DNA of 64,000 nt from a virus, in the IMG/VR virus record IMGVR_UViG_3300028840_004512, positions 3,333-67,332 of that record; one strand, written 5' to 3'. Below are positions 53,718-63,499 of the stretch, one piece after another. Position 1 is the first letter of the stretch; the number at the start of each line of letters is the position of its first letter. The notes beneath the pieces were generated by a model that ran no database searches, had not been told where the DNA came from, and worked only from the letters and a program-made list of their open reading frames with translations. The translations under genes were made by a program, and so were the position numbers.

Positions 53718-54474
53718 CCTTCCCAGCCACCTTCCGAGCCGCCTTCCGGGGCCCCTTTTTGGCTACCCTCTTCGCTGCGCGCTTCCGAGGCGTACGCCCC
53801 TTAGCCTTGACAGCCCCTTCTGCCTCCTGCTCCCCCGACTCGGGCGGAGCCTCCTCCTTAACCGGCGGCACCAGCGCTCGGGCGTCAACATCCTCTTGCT
53901 CGCCCGAGGCTGGCTCCTGCTGCCCCTCTGCGGCCGGCGCAGGGATCGGGGCTGCCCCCGTCCGCCGAGCTTTTAGCGGCGCCGCTGGGCGCACACCAAG
54001 CGGCCTTCGAGCTGGGCCCTTAGCCTCCGAGGGGACCGCCTCCGGCGCACCGTCGGCACCCTCCACAACAGCGCCATCCTGCAGCGCCTGCTTAACGGCG
54101 GCCGCCTTGCTCTCCTCCGCCTCGCGCTTCTTGCGTAAGATCTCAGCATGGTTGTTGGCCTCATCTATTCGGCCCTCCTGGATGGGCCGCTGATCAGCCA
54201 GCTGCTTGTGCAGATGCTGTGTGAAGTGGACACAGGTCTGCAGATAACGGTGGACCTGCGGCGCAACCACCTCCTTGTCGATCTTCCCCTCATCAATATC
54301 GCGCTTAAAGCGCGCGTAAACATCCCGCTCGATGCTCGTCTTGAGAGTCTCCAAAGCGCTTAGGCCGCCCTCTATCCGATACAGCTCGATACCCAAAGCC
54401 TCCCACCGCTCGCGAACCTCCCTCTCCAGCTGCCCAAGCATAGCAGCCTTAAGCTCCGACTTCTCAACGCCCAT
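53698..54474 (-). CDS. coiled-coil protein with low-complexity basic tail
   Basis: 258 aa, RBS GGAGG. Confidence 0.75.
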   Translation of the reverse strand: MGVEKSELKAAMLGQLEREVRERWEALGIELYRIEGGLSALETLKTSIERDVYARFKRDIDEGKIDKEVVAPQVHRYLQTCVHFTQHLHKQLADQRPIQEGRIDEANNHAEILRKKREAEESKAAAVKQALQDGAVVEGADGAPEAVPSEAKGPARRPLGVRPAAPLKARRTGAAPIPAPAAEGQQEPASGEQEDVDARALVPPVKEEAPPESGEQEAEGAVKAKGRTPRKRAAKRVAKKGPRKAARKVAGKDGQNTG

Positions 54475-54492
54475 TCTCTACCTCCTACGTCC

Positions 54493-54532
54493 AAAAGACA
54501 ACACGCCCACCTGCCATCGTAGCAGGTAGGCG
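54493..54532 (-). terminator. intrinsic terminator-like hairpin
   Basis: CGCCUACCUGC-loop-GCAGGUGGGCG then UGUUGUCUUUU. Confidence 0.6.
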
Positions 54533-54558
54533 CATCCTAACACAGCTGGCTCAGCCTA

Positions 54559-56547
54559 CTAGGTCAAGGCGCCCGTGATGAACATCTGGATCACATCAGC
54601 GTTTCCAGGCGACGCTAGCAACGGGAACTCCGCGTAGAAACACCCATACTGCTGGTCCGGCGTGGCCGTCGCGGAGGGGTAGACATCGTTGTTTGCCGCC
54701 GCATCTGCACCGTTGCGCATCAGCTGGCCGTTGACGAAGATCTCAACGTCGTCCACAAAGGTCACGTTGCGGTAGTCAAGGAGATCTGCAGAGGTGTTCG
54801 CAGACCCTGGACCGTTCGGCCCTTCGACCAGAGTGTCCGCGGCAATGTTGGAGGTCACCTCGGAAACGGCTCGGTGCCGGTTATCGTTCTCAGACGCCTG
54901 CACGATAGCGTTTAGCAGTGACACCTCGCCAAACGCCGTCTCATAGTCATCCCACTCTGTGCTGCTGTCCGATAGGACCAGGTCTGTGGTGTAGCCGGAG
55001 CCAGATTGCCACTGGTCAGTGACGACTAGCTGAGCGACACTAACAAGGTCTAGATCCCCCGATCCTCCGGAGGTCACCGTCAGCGCGCCGCCAGAGTCAA
55101 TCTGATTGGCCGTCGTGCCGATGTTGATGGTGGTACCGGCTGCACCCGTATCAAAGCTCGCACCGTTCAGGAAGTCGTTGTCGACCGCGTCAACGTCGAA
55201 GTTGTCAGTGTCCGCCCCAATCTGCACCGTGCTGTTGCTGCCCGAGGAGCCCTCCGTGATGCCGAACAACACCGCCTCCGCGTCATCGCGAATCTGCCAG
55301 ACAAGCCCCGAGCTCTCCAGGTCGAGGTAGGCGTTGTTAGTCAGATCAACAGGGGTCGTGCCCTGATTATCGTAGGCGTTCTGCCGCGTGGGTGTTACCG
55401 CTCCGCCACCGATGTCGATAGCCGCGCCACGCAGGAAGTCTTGCTCGTTCAGGTCCTGCAGCGCCTTGCGCTCGGTGTAGGTGTAGTTGATATCGTCCCC
55501 ACCAATGTACTGGCCATCTACGATCTCCAGGTCGTCCGCCTCGTCGGTCAGAACCACGAAGGTGAGCTGCACCCGTGTGGGGGTCGTATCGGTGATGGTA
55601 TGTCCATCTGTGTTCGACTCGGACTGAAACAGCGCCCAGATCTGCTTCCCGTTGGCCAATATCGGGTCGTGCGTATCAGCATCGACGATCTGCATCATAT
55701 TCTTCGGGTTAACCGCAGAGCTGCCCGCCACCTCATCGAGCGTGGCCGTCCCGAAGGACGAGTTGTAGGCCACCACCGTCCCAAGGGTGGTTACAGCGCC
55801 TACGGCCGCGGTGGTCTGCGACGGCAGCTCGCCGGTGCCCAGGATAACCATATCACCTGCACCGCCCGAGAGCGTCGCGCCGGACCAGTTCAAAACTCCC
55901 CCCACATCCACAGGATCGGTAGTGCTGACGGTATTGCCCGCCGTGCCGTACTTGATGGCCGTAGCAACAACCGTCGTGGCTGTATCCGTTGCCGTAACAT
56001 ACGCGTTGGCAACGGTACCCGTGCCGTAGTTCACCCCAGCCACGCCGTCGTCATTGATGGCCCTACGAAGGTTCTCCATAGAGGTCGCCTGCGATGCACC
56101 AATAAGCACCTCGTCGGCAGCACCGGTAAGCGTGGTCTTGTAAGTGTAGGTCTGCCCTCCAATCTGAACCTGGTCATTGTTGGACGGCGTGCCCGTGCTT
56201 GTCAGCGTCCCCGTCGCCTGCACAGCAGAGGGTACCGTGATGTCGGTCAGGTTCTGCACCCAACGCAAGATGCGCTTGCGCTCAAGATCGTGCAGGTCTT
56301 GGTTGGTCTCGTCGATACCTCGCTGCGCCCCGTTCTCGAAGGTGGTCGGGGCGGTAAGGTCCGCAAACCAGTCGTTGCCCGAGACCGACGTATTCAGAAA
56401 GCGGTTGAGCTGTGAGATGACACCACCGAGGAACTGCTCCATGTTCCAGGTCGTGGTCTCCATCGTCGAGCCCGCGGCCTTCTGGTCATCGAAGGTGTCG
56501 ACGGTTTTGATCTGCGTTACAGGGCGAATCCAGGATCGACCAGCCAT
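54559..56547 (-). CDS. large acidic Thr/Gly-rich virion structural protein
   Basis: 662 aa; contains ATGTL.....P.NND.V.IG..TY.Y beta-insert and a C-terminal IFVNGQL domain. Confidence 0.8.
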   Translation of the reverse strand: MAGRSWIRPVTQIKTVDTFDDQKAAGSTMETTTWNMEQFLGGVISQLNRFLNTSVSGNDWFADLTAPTTFENGAQRGIDETNQDLHDLERKRILRWVQNLTDITVPSAVQATGTLTSTGTPSNNDQVQIGGQTYTYKTTLTGAADEVLIGASQATSMENLRRAINDDGVAGVNYGTGTVANAYVTATDTATTVVATAIKYGTAGNTVSTTDPVDVGGVLNWSGATLSGGAGDMVILGTGELPSQTTAAVGAVTTLGTVVAYNSSFGTATLDEVAGSSAVNPKNMMQIVDADTHDPILANGKQIWALFQSESNTDGHTITDTTPTRVQLTFVVLTDEADDLEIVDGQYIGGDDINYTYTERKALQDLNEQDFLRGAAIDIGGGAVTPTRQNAYDNQGTTPVDLTNNAYLDLESSGLVWQIRDDAEAVLFGITEGSSGSNSTVQIGADTDNFDVDAVDNDFLNGASFDTGAAGTTINIGTTANQIDSGGALTVTSGGSGDLDLVSVAQLVVTDQWQSGSGYTTDLVLSDSSTEWDDYETAFGEVSLLNAIVQASENDNRHRAVSEVTSNIAADTLVEGPNGPGSANTSADLLDYRNVTFVDDVEIFVNGQLMRNGADAAANNDVYPSATATPDQQYGCFYAEFPLLASPGNADVIQMFITGALT

Positions 56548-56633
56548 ACTTTAGCGCTCCCTATCTGTTGGGTATTTGCCTAGCTGCTACGTCCTTCGAA
56601 CCAACCTACGTCCGCTATCGCCATCGTACACCA

Positions 56634-58901
56634 TCAGGAGGAGGTCTGCACTACCTCGGGCAATACCGTAACCGAGTCTGGAGTCTTGGTGATGACCTCA
56701 GACTCCTCAATGACCAGGTTGCCGTCAGAATCCAGCTTATCCGTCTGCAAGGTGCTGCTCAGTAAAGTAGTGTAGCCAGAGATCGTCACGTTGGCAAAGC
56801 TCACGCCCTCGACCGCTAGGATAACGTCCATCAGATCTGAGACGTAGAGGGACACCCCAAACTCCCTGTCCTTCAGCACGCCATCAATCGCAGTCTCCCC
56901 CGCTGTGCGCACCTGCTCAAGGGAGTATCCGATATCCACCCCAACACGAGCGGTGATCCACGGGTATACCAGGAACTTCCCGCCCGAGACCACCTCCACG
57001 GTCTGCGTGACCTCCTTCCTAGCCGTAAGGTAGGTCTCAAGGGAGTCTATGAGCCCGTTGCTGGGCTCGGCGTAGAAGCCCGCCGCATCACGCGTGAGAA
57101 CGGGGACCGTTACCAGGTTCGCCTTGCAATCGGCTGACAGGATCTTGTCCAGGTGCTCGTCTATGGTATCCAGAGCCAGCGTAACCGTCGCCGCAGCGTT
57201 GTTGGCCAAGGCCGGGTCGATGGTATCCGCAACGTCCGAGAGGGTTACCTGGAAGCTCTTAAACAGCCCTGTGCTGTCGGACGGCGTGGTGCTGTCGTAG
57301 TAGCCAATGACCACGTCCCCAGCAGCCCGCGCATCCTCCAGGCTCTTGAGGTAGCTGTCCGCACCGTCCAGCTGGATAGCCGTCTTCGAGAGCCCTATCT
57401 TATCTACCTCGTCCGTGATGAGGCCCCCGGCCGCCACCTGCGAATCCGCCGCTCCTCGCATCGTGGCGGTCTGAGAGATAATGTCATCCTGATGGCCGTC
57501 GATAGTGTCCAGGTAGACCTTCAAGGCATCCTTGGTTGGGTCTGTCAGCTGATCTGCCCCCGTAGCGATCGCGTCAATAGCCGCCTTACCATCCGTCACC
57601 TCCACCTTGGCGGCATTAGCCGACACGTCCACATCCAGGGACAGGTTGCGGTTGCCGCGAATGCCCGAGATGATAGCCGTGTTGTTGGTGTCGATGGTGT
57701 TCATCGACGTGACGACGTTGTCGAGCGCCGTCGTGATGGTTGAGGAGTAGGAGAGCAGCAGGTTGAGCAGTCCCGTGGTAGCTGTGGTGGCCGCTGTTAT
57801 CTCACCACGGATGATATCCGTCGCGCCCTCCAGGGCGCTTGTGATCTCCAGGATAGCGTCCTGCAGTACCAGGTCCGTCGCTGCCGACCGCGAGGAGATA
57901 GCCTTGGCCACCGCCACACGCCCATATACCGGGTCTGCATAGGAGCCCGCCAGCGCGTCGTAGTCCTCCCCGGTGACCGCCACCCGGCGGGAGTTAAACA
58001 CCCGCCCGGCAAATGCCTTAGCGCGGTCGATGCTCTCCAGGTCATCACCGCCCGAGCTCTTGGCGCCATTGTTGATGGTCAGGTCAACCGTCTCCCCCAC
58101 CACCACAAGCGGCGTGACCACGTCCTGGATCGTATCCTTGGCCACAATCCCCGCCTTCCCCGCAGTCGCAACATAGGTGACCTCAATCGAGGCGTTGGTA
58201 GCAGGGATATTGCCAGCCGAGCCGTCCCCAAAACGAAGGGTTGGAGGATCGTCGTTGTAGCCCACCTCGTACTGGTCGGTCTCGTCGAAGGTGAGGAAGT
58301 CCTCCTCATCCCAGCTCGCCCCATCGACCTTCACCTCCACCGAGCCAGAGGCCACATACCGCTCATCAGGGACACGGCTCAGCTCGAAGACCTGGTTTGC
58401 TGTTCCGTCTGAGGTGAAGGTCTCAGTCGTGGTCTCACCCTCGTACACAGGGATGAGCTTGGATGTTCCTGCCGTCTGCTCTGCCGGGGAGAACTCGACG
58501 GCCTTTCCCGCCTCAAAGATAAGGTCGTTAGGCCCCTGAAACTGTAAGCCCTCGGTGATCTCCACCGTGAAGGTCTTCGCCACGGCCACACTGACCGTTA
58601 GGTCCGTGGAGGACGCCACCGCACCGCCCATTTTGTAGCCCAGCTGTCGACAGATACGCGAGACAGCCCTCCGGGTCCTAGCGGTCTCCAGGTAAACCTC
58701 AGTGGCTCGACGGTCGAGGTAGAAGCTGAGCGAGTCTAGACCAAAAGCGATGAGGTCCAGAAGCATCATCCCTAAGCTGGCCAGCGCGAAGTCGTTGTAA
58801 TAGGCCGCAAACTTGACCTGCAGGCGCGCGCGGAGGTCGTCAACGTGGGAGTCGAAGTCGTAAGAAATAAAACGGACGCGGTTAATCGACGCGGTGGCCA
58901 T
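56634..58901 (-). CDS. baseplate J/gp6-like wedge protein with a long helical insertion
   Basis: DFDS...L, YLDRRATEVYLETA, FGDG..G..P, GGDD.ES....K, RVAVT.EDY. Confidence 0.9.
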   Translation of the reverse strand: MATASINRVRFISYDFDSHVDDLRARLQVKFAAYYNDFALASLGMMLLDLIAFGLDSLSFYLDRRATEVYLETARTRRAVSRICRQLGYKMGGAVASSTDLTVSVAVAKTFTVEITEGLQFQGPNDLIFEAGKAVEFSPAEQTAGTSKLIPVYEGETTTETFTSDGTANQVFELSRVPDERYVASGSVEVKVDGASWDEEDFLTFDETDQYEVGYNDDPPTLRFGDGSAGNIPATNASIEVTYVATAGKAGIVAKDTIQDVVTPLVVVGETVDLTINNGAKSSGGDDLESIDRAKAFAGRVFNSRRVAVTGEDYDALAGSYADPVYGRVAVAKAISSRSAATDLVLQDAILEITSALEGATDIIRGEITAATTATTGLLNLLLSYSSTITTALDNVVTSMNTIDTNNTAIISGIRGNRNLSLDVDVSANAAKVEVTDGKAAIDAIATGADQLTDPTKDALKVYLDTIDGHQDDIISQTATMRGAADSQVAAGGLITDEVDKIGLSKTAIQLDGADSYLKSLEDARAAGDVVIGYYDSTTPSDSTGLFKSFQVTLSDVADTIDPALANNAAATVTLALDTIDEHLDKILSADCKANLVTVPVLTRDAAGFYAEPSNGLIDSLETYLTARKEVTQTVEVVSGGKFLVYPWITARVGVDIGYSLEQVRTAGETAIDGVLKDREFGVSLYVSDLMDVILAVEGVSFANVTISGYTTLLSSTLQTDKLDSDGNLVIEESEVITKTPDSVTVLPEVVQTSS

Positions 58902-59919
58902 TAGATACTCCGGTAGTCAGCGCGGTCACCTCGTCCCAGCCCCGCTGGAGACGTGAACGGACGACGCGATGGTTTATGCCTAGGCGCTCGGCCCACTCCT
59001 GAAGACACCGAGTCTCCCCACCCATAGCGATGAGACGATTGTTCCGCCGGTTGCGCTGCTGTGTCCGCGAAACGGCCCACCGGCAATTGTCTGGAGAGTA
59101 GCCCAGATCCGCGTCAATACGATCCAATGAGTGCTTCGCAGAGGGCCTAGGACCCACATCCCCTAAAAAACACTCAAACGACCCCTCCCACTCCGAACAT
59201 ACCTGGACACCGCGACCACCGTACAGAGGAAAGTCCTTGTTGGTGGGGTTGAGGCAACGGTTCCGCATAAACAACCACGCCCGATATTCAGCTGGAAACT
59301 GCTTCCTGACCGAGACGCTTCGCTCGAAGGTTCCGTGTAACGGAGGGGTCTCTAGAGCCTTTTCAACCGACCACCCCGCTTGGAGCCTAGCCGCTACAGT
59401 AGTCGGAGCGAGCCCCGCCTCCCGAGCCAGCTGAGACAAACACTTGACCTCGCCCTTATACCTAAACTCTCGGTTAGACCTTATGTTCTGCGTCTGCTGT
59501 CTCCGAGAGGCCCACCGACAGTTGTCCGGCTCGTAGTGACCCGCAGAGTCAATACGGTCCAGCGTGGCCTCTGGATAGGGCTTGCGCCCCATGTCCGCCA
59601 AAAAGCCCTCGTAGGAGGCCGCCCAACGTTCTGCTACGCACACGCGCCCGCGAGACAGCTTGGCTCGGCGCTTCATGAGCTGCCAAGCCCGATACTCGGG
59701 GACATCGAAAGACTCCCCATGCTTTCTCATCCCCTGACCGACGGTGATACACCCGCAGGACTGCGTATTACCGCTCCGCAGGCTGTCCGTGCGGACCTCC
59801 AATCTAGCGCCGCAATCACACAGTACTTCCCAAGCCGTACAAGGTCCCTGGTTGGGGGCGCGCTCCCCTACAAGTAGCCTACCAAACCGCTGCCCTGTAA
59901 GGTCCAACCGCGGAGGCAT
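58882..59919 (-). mobile_element. homing endonuclease with two tandem HNH-like domains
   Basis: DLTGQRFGRL..CDCG..SCGC; LDRID....Y.PDNCRWA twice. Confidence 0.9.
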
Positions 59920-59921
59920 GG

Positions 59922-59969
59922 CTACTGCACCCCCACGTACCGAACCCTGTTTACGCTAGCTGTCGCCAT
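59922..59969 (-). pseudogene. orphaned 5' end of the baseplate J gene
   Basis: MATASVNRVRYVGVQ* versus baseplate J MATASINRVRFI. Confidence 0.85.
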
Positions 59970-59970
59970 C

Positions 59971-60378
59971 TTATACAACCCCTTGGTCGGCCGTCAGGGC
60001 CACCGTCACATTGTCCTGCTCTTGCGTAGCTATCACCACGTAGTTGATGGTGACGATCACCATATCCTCGTACTTCCCATCGCTGCTATCCTTCTCCACA
60101 TCGATGCGCTGCACGATAACACGCGGCTCATACTTCGCGATGACGTTAGCAATGGACGCCCGAATAGCCGCAGCCATCAGCTCATTGTTGCTCTCGAACA
60201 CATAGCTGTAGGCTCCCGACCCGAGATCCGGACGCATTACCCGCTCCCCGTTACCCGTGATGATCAGCTGCGTTAGCGTGTCCTTGATCAAAGCATCGTC
60301 CACTGCCGGGGCTGGTAGCGCGCCATCCCCCACCGAGAAGGGGAATGCGATGCCTTTGTAGATGTTGGTAAGGGCCAT
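59971..60378 (-). CDS. gp25/W-like baseplate protein
   Basis: GIAFPF...T..GERVMRPDLGS....FE...YEPRV. Confidence 0.92.
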   Translation of the reverse strand: MALTNIYKGIAFPFSVGDGALPAPAVDDALIKDTLTQLIITGNGERVMRPDLGSGAYSYVFESNNELMAAAIRASIANVIAKYEPRVIVQRIDVEKDSSDGKYEDMVIVTINYVVIATQEQDNVTVALTADQGVV

Positions 60379-60395
60379 AGGTTCTCCTGATGGTA

Positions 60396-60773
60396 CTATG
60401 CCGCCGCGGCGAGGTCATCCGCAGGGCAGGTGGGACGCGAGGGCAGCGCCGGAAGCGACGGCAACGCTGGCAGACCAGGCAGCGAGGGGAGCCCCGGCAA
60501 CGCCAAGCTAGGGAAGGGAATGGACGGGAAAGGTAGATCTGTCGTGGGAAGCGAGGGACGCGGCGGGAGGCTCGGAATAGCTGGCAGACCAGGCAGCGAG
60601 GGAAGCCCTGGCAACGCCAGACTAGGGAAGGGAATGGACGGGAACGGGAGGTCTATCGTAGGAAGCGACGGTAGCGGCGGGAGAGACGGTATTGCAGGAA
60701 GCCCTGGCAGCGACGGCAGCCCCGGCAAAGCTAGAGACGGGGGAAAGGGCGGCAGCGCGCAAAGAGAGGCCAT
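60396..60773 (-). CDS. Pro/Leu/Ser-rich tandem-repeat protein
   Basis: About 2.7 copies of a 38-aa (114-bp) unit of LPx triplets; RBS GGAG(A)/coupled packing. Confidence 0.65.
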   Translation of the reverse strand: MASLCALPPFPPSLALPGLPSLPGLPAIPSLPPLPSLPTIDLPFPSIPFPSLALPGLPSLPGLPAIPSLPPRPSLPTTDLPFPSIPFPSLALPGLPSLPGLPALPSLPALPSRPTCPADDLAAAA

Positions 60774-60776
60774 CCA

Positions 60777-61748
60777 CTAGGTCCTCACCTTCACCGACCG
60801 CGAAGCCATCGTAGGCGGAGGAGGCGCCACCGGAGGTGATACTGGAGTCCCTGTAACAGGCACCACGATGTTGTGCACGTGTGCCGCGAGCCACGGTAGG
60901 AGCATGTCAGCTATCGCCACCCCCAAGGCCGCTGTATCGCCAAGGAACACCCCCCCACCCTTCAGGTTGATGTTGGGAGCGTTGATGTTGACGTTCTTGC
61001 TCGCAATGATGTTGACGTTGCCCGCAGCGTCCAACGAGATAGAGCTAGCCGGCGAGGCTGCATCCACCATCGAGATACCCGAGGGCCCGAGAGCCACATA
61101 GCCGCCACTCGCGTCCTGCAGTAAGATCTCCTTCTTCTCAGTGTTGATGGTTATCAGCGCCCCGTCCGCATCCCGCAGCTGGATGGACTTCTCGTCAAAG
61201 GACAGCATGGAGAACTTGTCCCCAGCGGCTATCTCCTGAGCCACCTTGTCGGGGTCGGTCTTCGCCTCATCACCGTCAGCAATCTTGTGCCAGACCAGCC
61301 GCACCTTCTCGTCCCCTGCGGTGTCATCAAACATCAGCAGATGCCCCGCGCGCGATCGGAAGCCGCGCTTCTGCGGCTTCCCGTCCACATAGCCTAGCTC
61401 CTTTGGCACTGGCGACGCCTTGTCGCTATCGCTGAACCAGCCTCCCACATAGCCTTTCGGGGCACTCGGGTCCCCATTATCGAAGAACACGCGAACCACC
61501 GAACCGACCAGCGGGGGATTGAACCACCCAAAGCGATCTCCGGTCACGTCCACCATCGGCGATACCCACACGTCCACCGCTGTCTTCTCATCGTGCCCTA
61601 CCTGCGGGCAGCTGATCTGAATACGACCCCGCTCCTTGGGGTCGTCATTACGCATCACAAGCGCCCGATAGGTGCTGTAGTACACCCGCAGCACATCCTC
61701 GATACCGTAGGCAATGACCGCCTCACGAAGCTCTTCCAACGTCATCAT
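60777..61748 (-). CDS. baseplate spike (gp5/gpV/VgrG-like OB-fold plus beta-helix)
   Basis: YRALV..NDDP.ERGRI, PP.VGS.V.V.F.NGD...P, SRAGH..MFDD..G.E, C-terminal HVH. Confidence 0.9.
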   Translation of the reverse strand: MMTLEELREAVIAYGIEDVLRVYYSTYRALVMRNDDPKERGRIQISCPQVGHDEKTAVDVWVSPMVDVTGDRFGWFNPPLVGSVVRVFFDNGDPSAPKGYVGGWFSDSDKASPVPKELGYVDGKPQKRGFRSRAGHLLMFDDTAGDEKVRLVWHKIADGDEAKTDPDKVAQEIAAGDKFSMLSFDEKSIQLRDADGALITINTEKKEILLQDASGGYVALGPSGISMVDAASPASSISLDAAGNVNIIASKNVNINAPNINLKGGGVFLGDTAALGVAIADMLLPWLAAHVHNIVVPVTGTPVSPPVAPPPPTMASRSVKVRT

Positions 61749-61753
61749 AGCTA

Positions 61754-63178
61754 CTAACCCTTCTTCGACTGCGTGCTGCTGCCGCCACTCCCTTCCTTAG
61801 CCGGCTGGTTGGACACCTGCCCCGCAGCCTTAGCAGCCTCCTTCAAAGCTGAGGTGTTATACCAAGCCTCAACGTTGGTCGAGAAACCACCGCTCCCCAA
61901 AGAGTGAGTGACCTTGAACACCCCATACTTGTAATCATAGAGATTCTTACCCAAGCCCCTAACCTCAATACAGTTGCCGGGGAACAGGTCCGGAATACCC
62001 AGCGATCCGATCTCCACCTTTAGACCGCCTGCCCGCAGCTGCTGCTCCAGCTGCCCGAGAATCTTGGTTCGTATAGGCTCAAAGGTCTCGTCATCCACTC
62101 CGTCCACATTGTAGGTCTCGGCCCCCGCAAAGGTCCTGTCGTCCACGTCGGGGAAGAACGGCCCCACAGGTACCGCTCCCCCCGGCCCCGCTCTGTCCGG
62201 CGGCGGCGACGGGTCCGTTACCCCTTTTGCCCCTTTCTTCCCTCCCGCCTTTCGGTTGGCCTCCAGCTTCTTTTTCTTAGCTGCCGCCTCTGCATCAGAG
62301 ATGCCCTTGACCACCGCCCCCCACAACGACGTTGGGTAGTGAACCCCTGTGGTCGGAGAGTTAAAGGTGAGAACAGGATACACACCCTCCACAGGCCCCA
62401 AGGTCAACCCCTTCTTCCCAGACACGCTTCCGGGGTACATCACAAAGGCATGCGTCGGCTCCGCCGCCCACATCCCACTCCACGAGTAGAGCTTAAGCTT
62501 GGCAGGCTTCTGGGAGTCCTCCTGCTCAAACCTCATCCAGCAGCCCGCATCCCGCACGACCTTACGAATATTTACCCAATCCGTCACGTACGACGGTGCA
62601 TAGCTCGGAAGAATCACGTCGTTTAAGGCGGCCCACGCGGGGGAGCCTTTCTCCACACCGCTCTTATCCAGGATGATCTTCCGCGGGTTGTTCTTGTCGG
62701 GACCTCGAAGAAGCTTGTCGATGATACACAGCCGGTTACCGGCCAGCTGCGTGCCGCTAGCAGACTGCCGTTGGGCGCTAAAGGCGAAGACCCCCGTACC
62801 TGTCAACGTGATGGACACCCCCTCTGGCGCTATGCTCACATCCGGCGTGGTCAGCAGCCCCGTGTAGACCGGCGAGAGCTTGGGGGCGCCCCCCTTCCCA
62901 ATGTACCCAAACTGCACCTGCAGCGATGACAGGCCATATTGGATCTTACGATCGGTCAGGAACTTGAGAATGTCCTGGTAGTTGGCGGCCAAGGTGGCCG
63001 TTATCTTTGGCATGAAGTTAGGCTGCAGCTCGATGGTGAGCTCTGTCAGCACCGGCAACGCAGGCAGGTCTCCCTTCCCGAATGAGTTGGTCCACAGCGG
63101 GATACGCTCCCCATCCGGGTTGACAATGATCGCCATCATCACCGGGTTCGAGAAGTCGTAGACGGGAGAGTCGGGCAT
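61754..63178 (-). CDS. baseplate hub (gp27/D-like)
   Basis: Position between LysM and spike; GIPDL.PG..IEV.GLG.....Y.V.KVTH.....FST. Confidence 0.75.
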   Translation of the reverse strand: MPDSPVYDFSNPVMMAIIVNPDGERIPLWTNSFGKGDLPALPVLTELTIELQPNFMPKITATLAANYQDILKFLTDRKIQYGLSSLQVQFGYIGKGGAPKLSPVYTGLLTTPDVSIAPEGVSITLTGTGVFAFSAQRQSASGTQLAGNRLCIIDKLLRGPDKNNPRKIILDKSGVEKGSPAWAALNDVILPSYAPSYVTDWVNIRKVVRDAGCWMRFEQEDSQKPAKLKLYSWSGMWAAEPTHAFVMYPGSVSGKKGLTLGPVEGVYPVLTFNSPTTGVHYPTSLWGAVVKGISDAEAAAKKKKLEANRKAGGKKGAKGVTDPSPPPDRAGPGGAVPVGPFFPDVDDRTFAGAETYNVDGVDDETFEPIRTKILGQLEQQLRAGGLKVEIGSLGIPDLFPGNCIEVRGLGKNLYDYKYGVFKVTHSLGSGGFSTNVEAWYNTSALKEAAKAAGQVSNQPAKEGSGGSSTQSKKG

Positions 63179-63498
63179 TAGAACACCGCATCCGTAAAAA
63201 GCCGCTGCTGCACATAGGTCTTCGACGGGATGCGCAGCACCGCCCCCTCATTCAACGCCGTAGGCACCAGCTCCAGATCGTTCGCGACCGCGATGACCCA
63301 CCACAGCACCGCGTCCCCATAGAAGCGGTACGCTAGCAGATCAATACGATCCACCCCCGTCACCCGATAGAACTTGTCGTCGTCCTGCACGGGCACCTCG
63401 GGAAGCTCCTCGGGGCCGTCCCAAAAGGTGTACTCGTCGACATCCACCAGATCGTAGAACCTGAGCCGACTTGTCTGCTTTACCGTTGCCTCAGCCAT
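63178..63498 (-). CDS. LysM-type baseplate protein (gp53/X-like)
   Basis: DRIDLLAYRFYGD..LWWVIA.AN....G..LRIP. Confidence 0.9.
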   Translation of the reverse strand: MAEATVKQTSRLRFYDLVDVDEYTFWDGPEELPEVPVQDDDKFYRVTGVDRIDLLAYRFYGDAVLWWVIAVANDLELVPTALNEGAVLRIPSKTYVQQRLFTDAVF

Positions 63499-63499
63499 G

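Noticed and set aside
32333-56415. Numerous 150-340 aa + strand ORFs opposite structural genes
   Set aside because: Expected antisense open frames in GC-rich coding DNA; no recognisable domains.
60430-60780. Collagen-like Gly-x-x ORF on the + strand
   Set aside because: Mirror of the Pro-rich minus-strand gene, which fits the operon direction.
56634-63498. eCIS/T6SS locus of a bacterial chromosome
   Set aside because: Context is phage-like: dense small ORFs, homing endonucleases, GroES-like gene, and no housekeeping or T6SS membrane genes.
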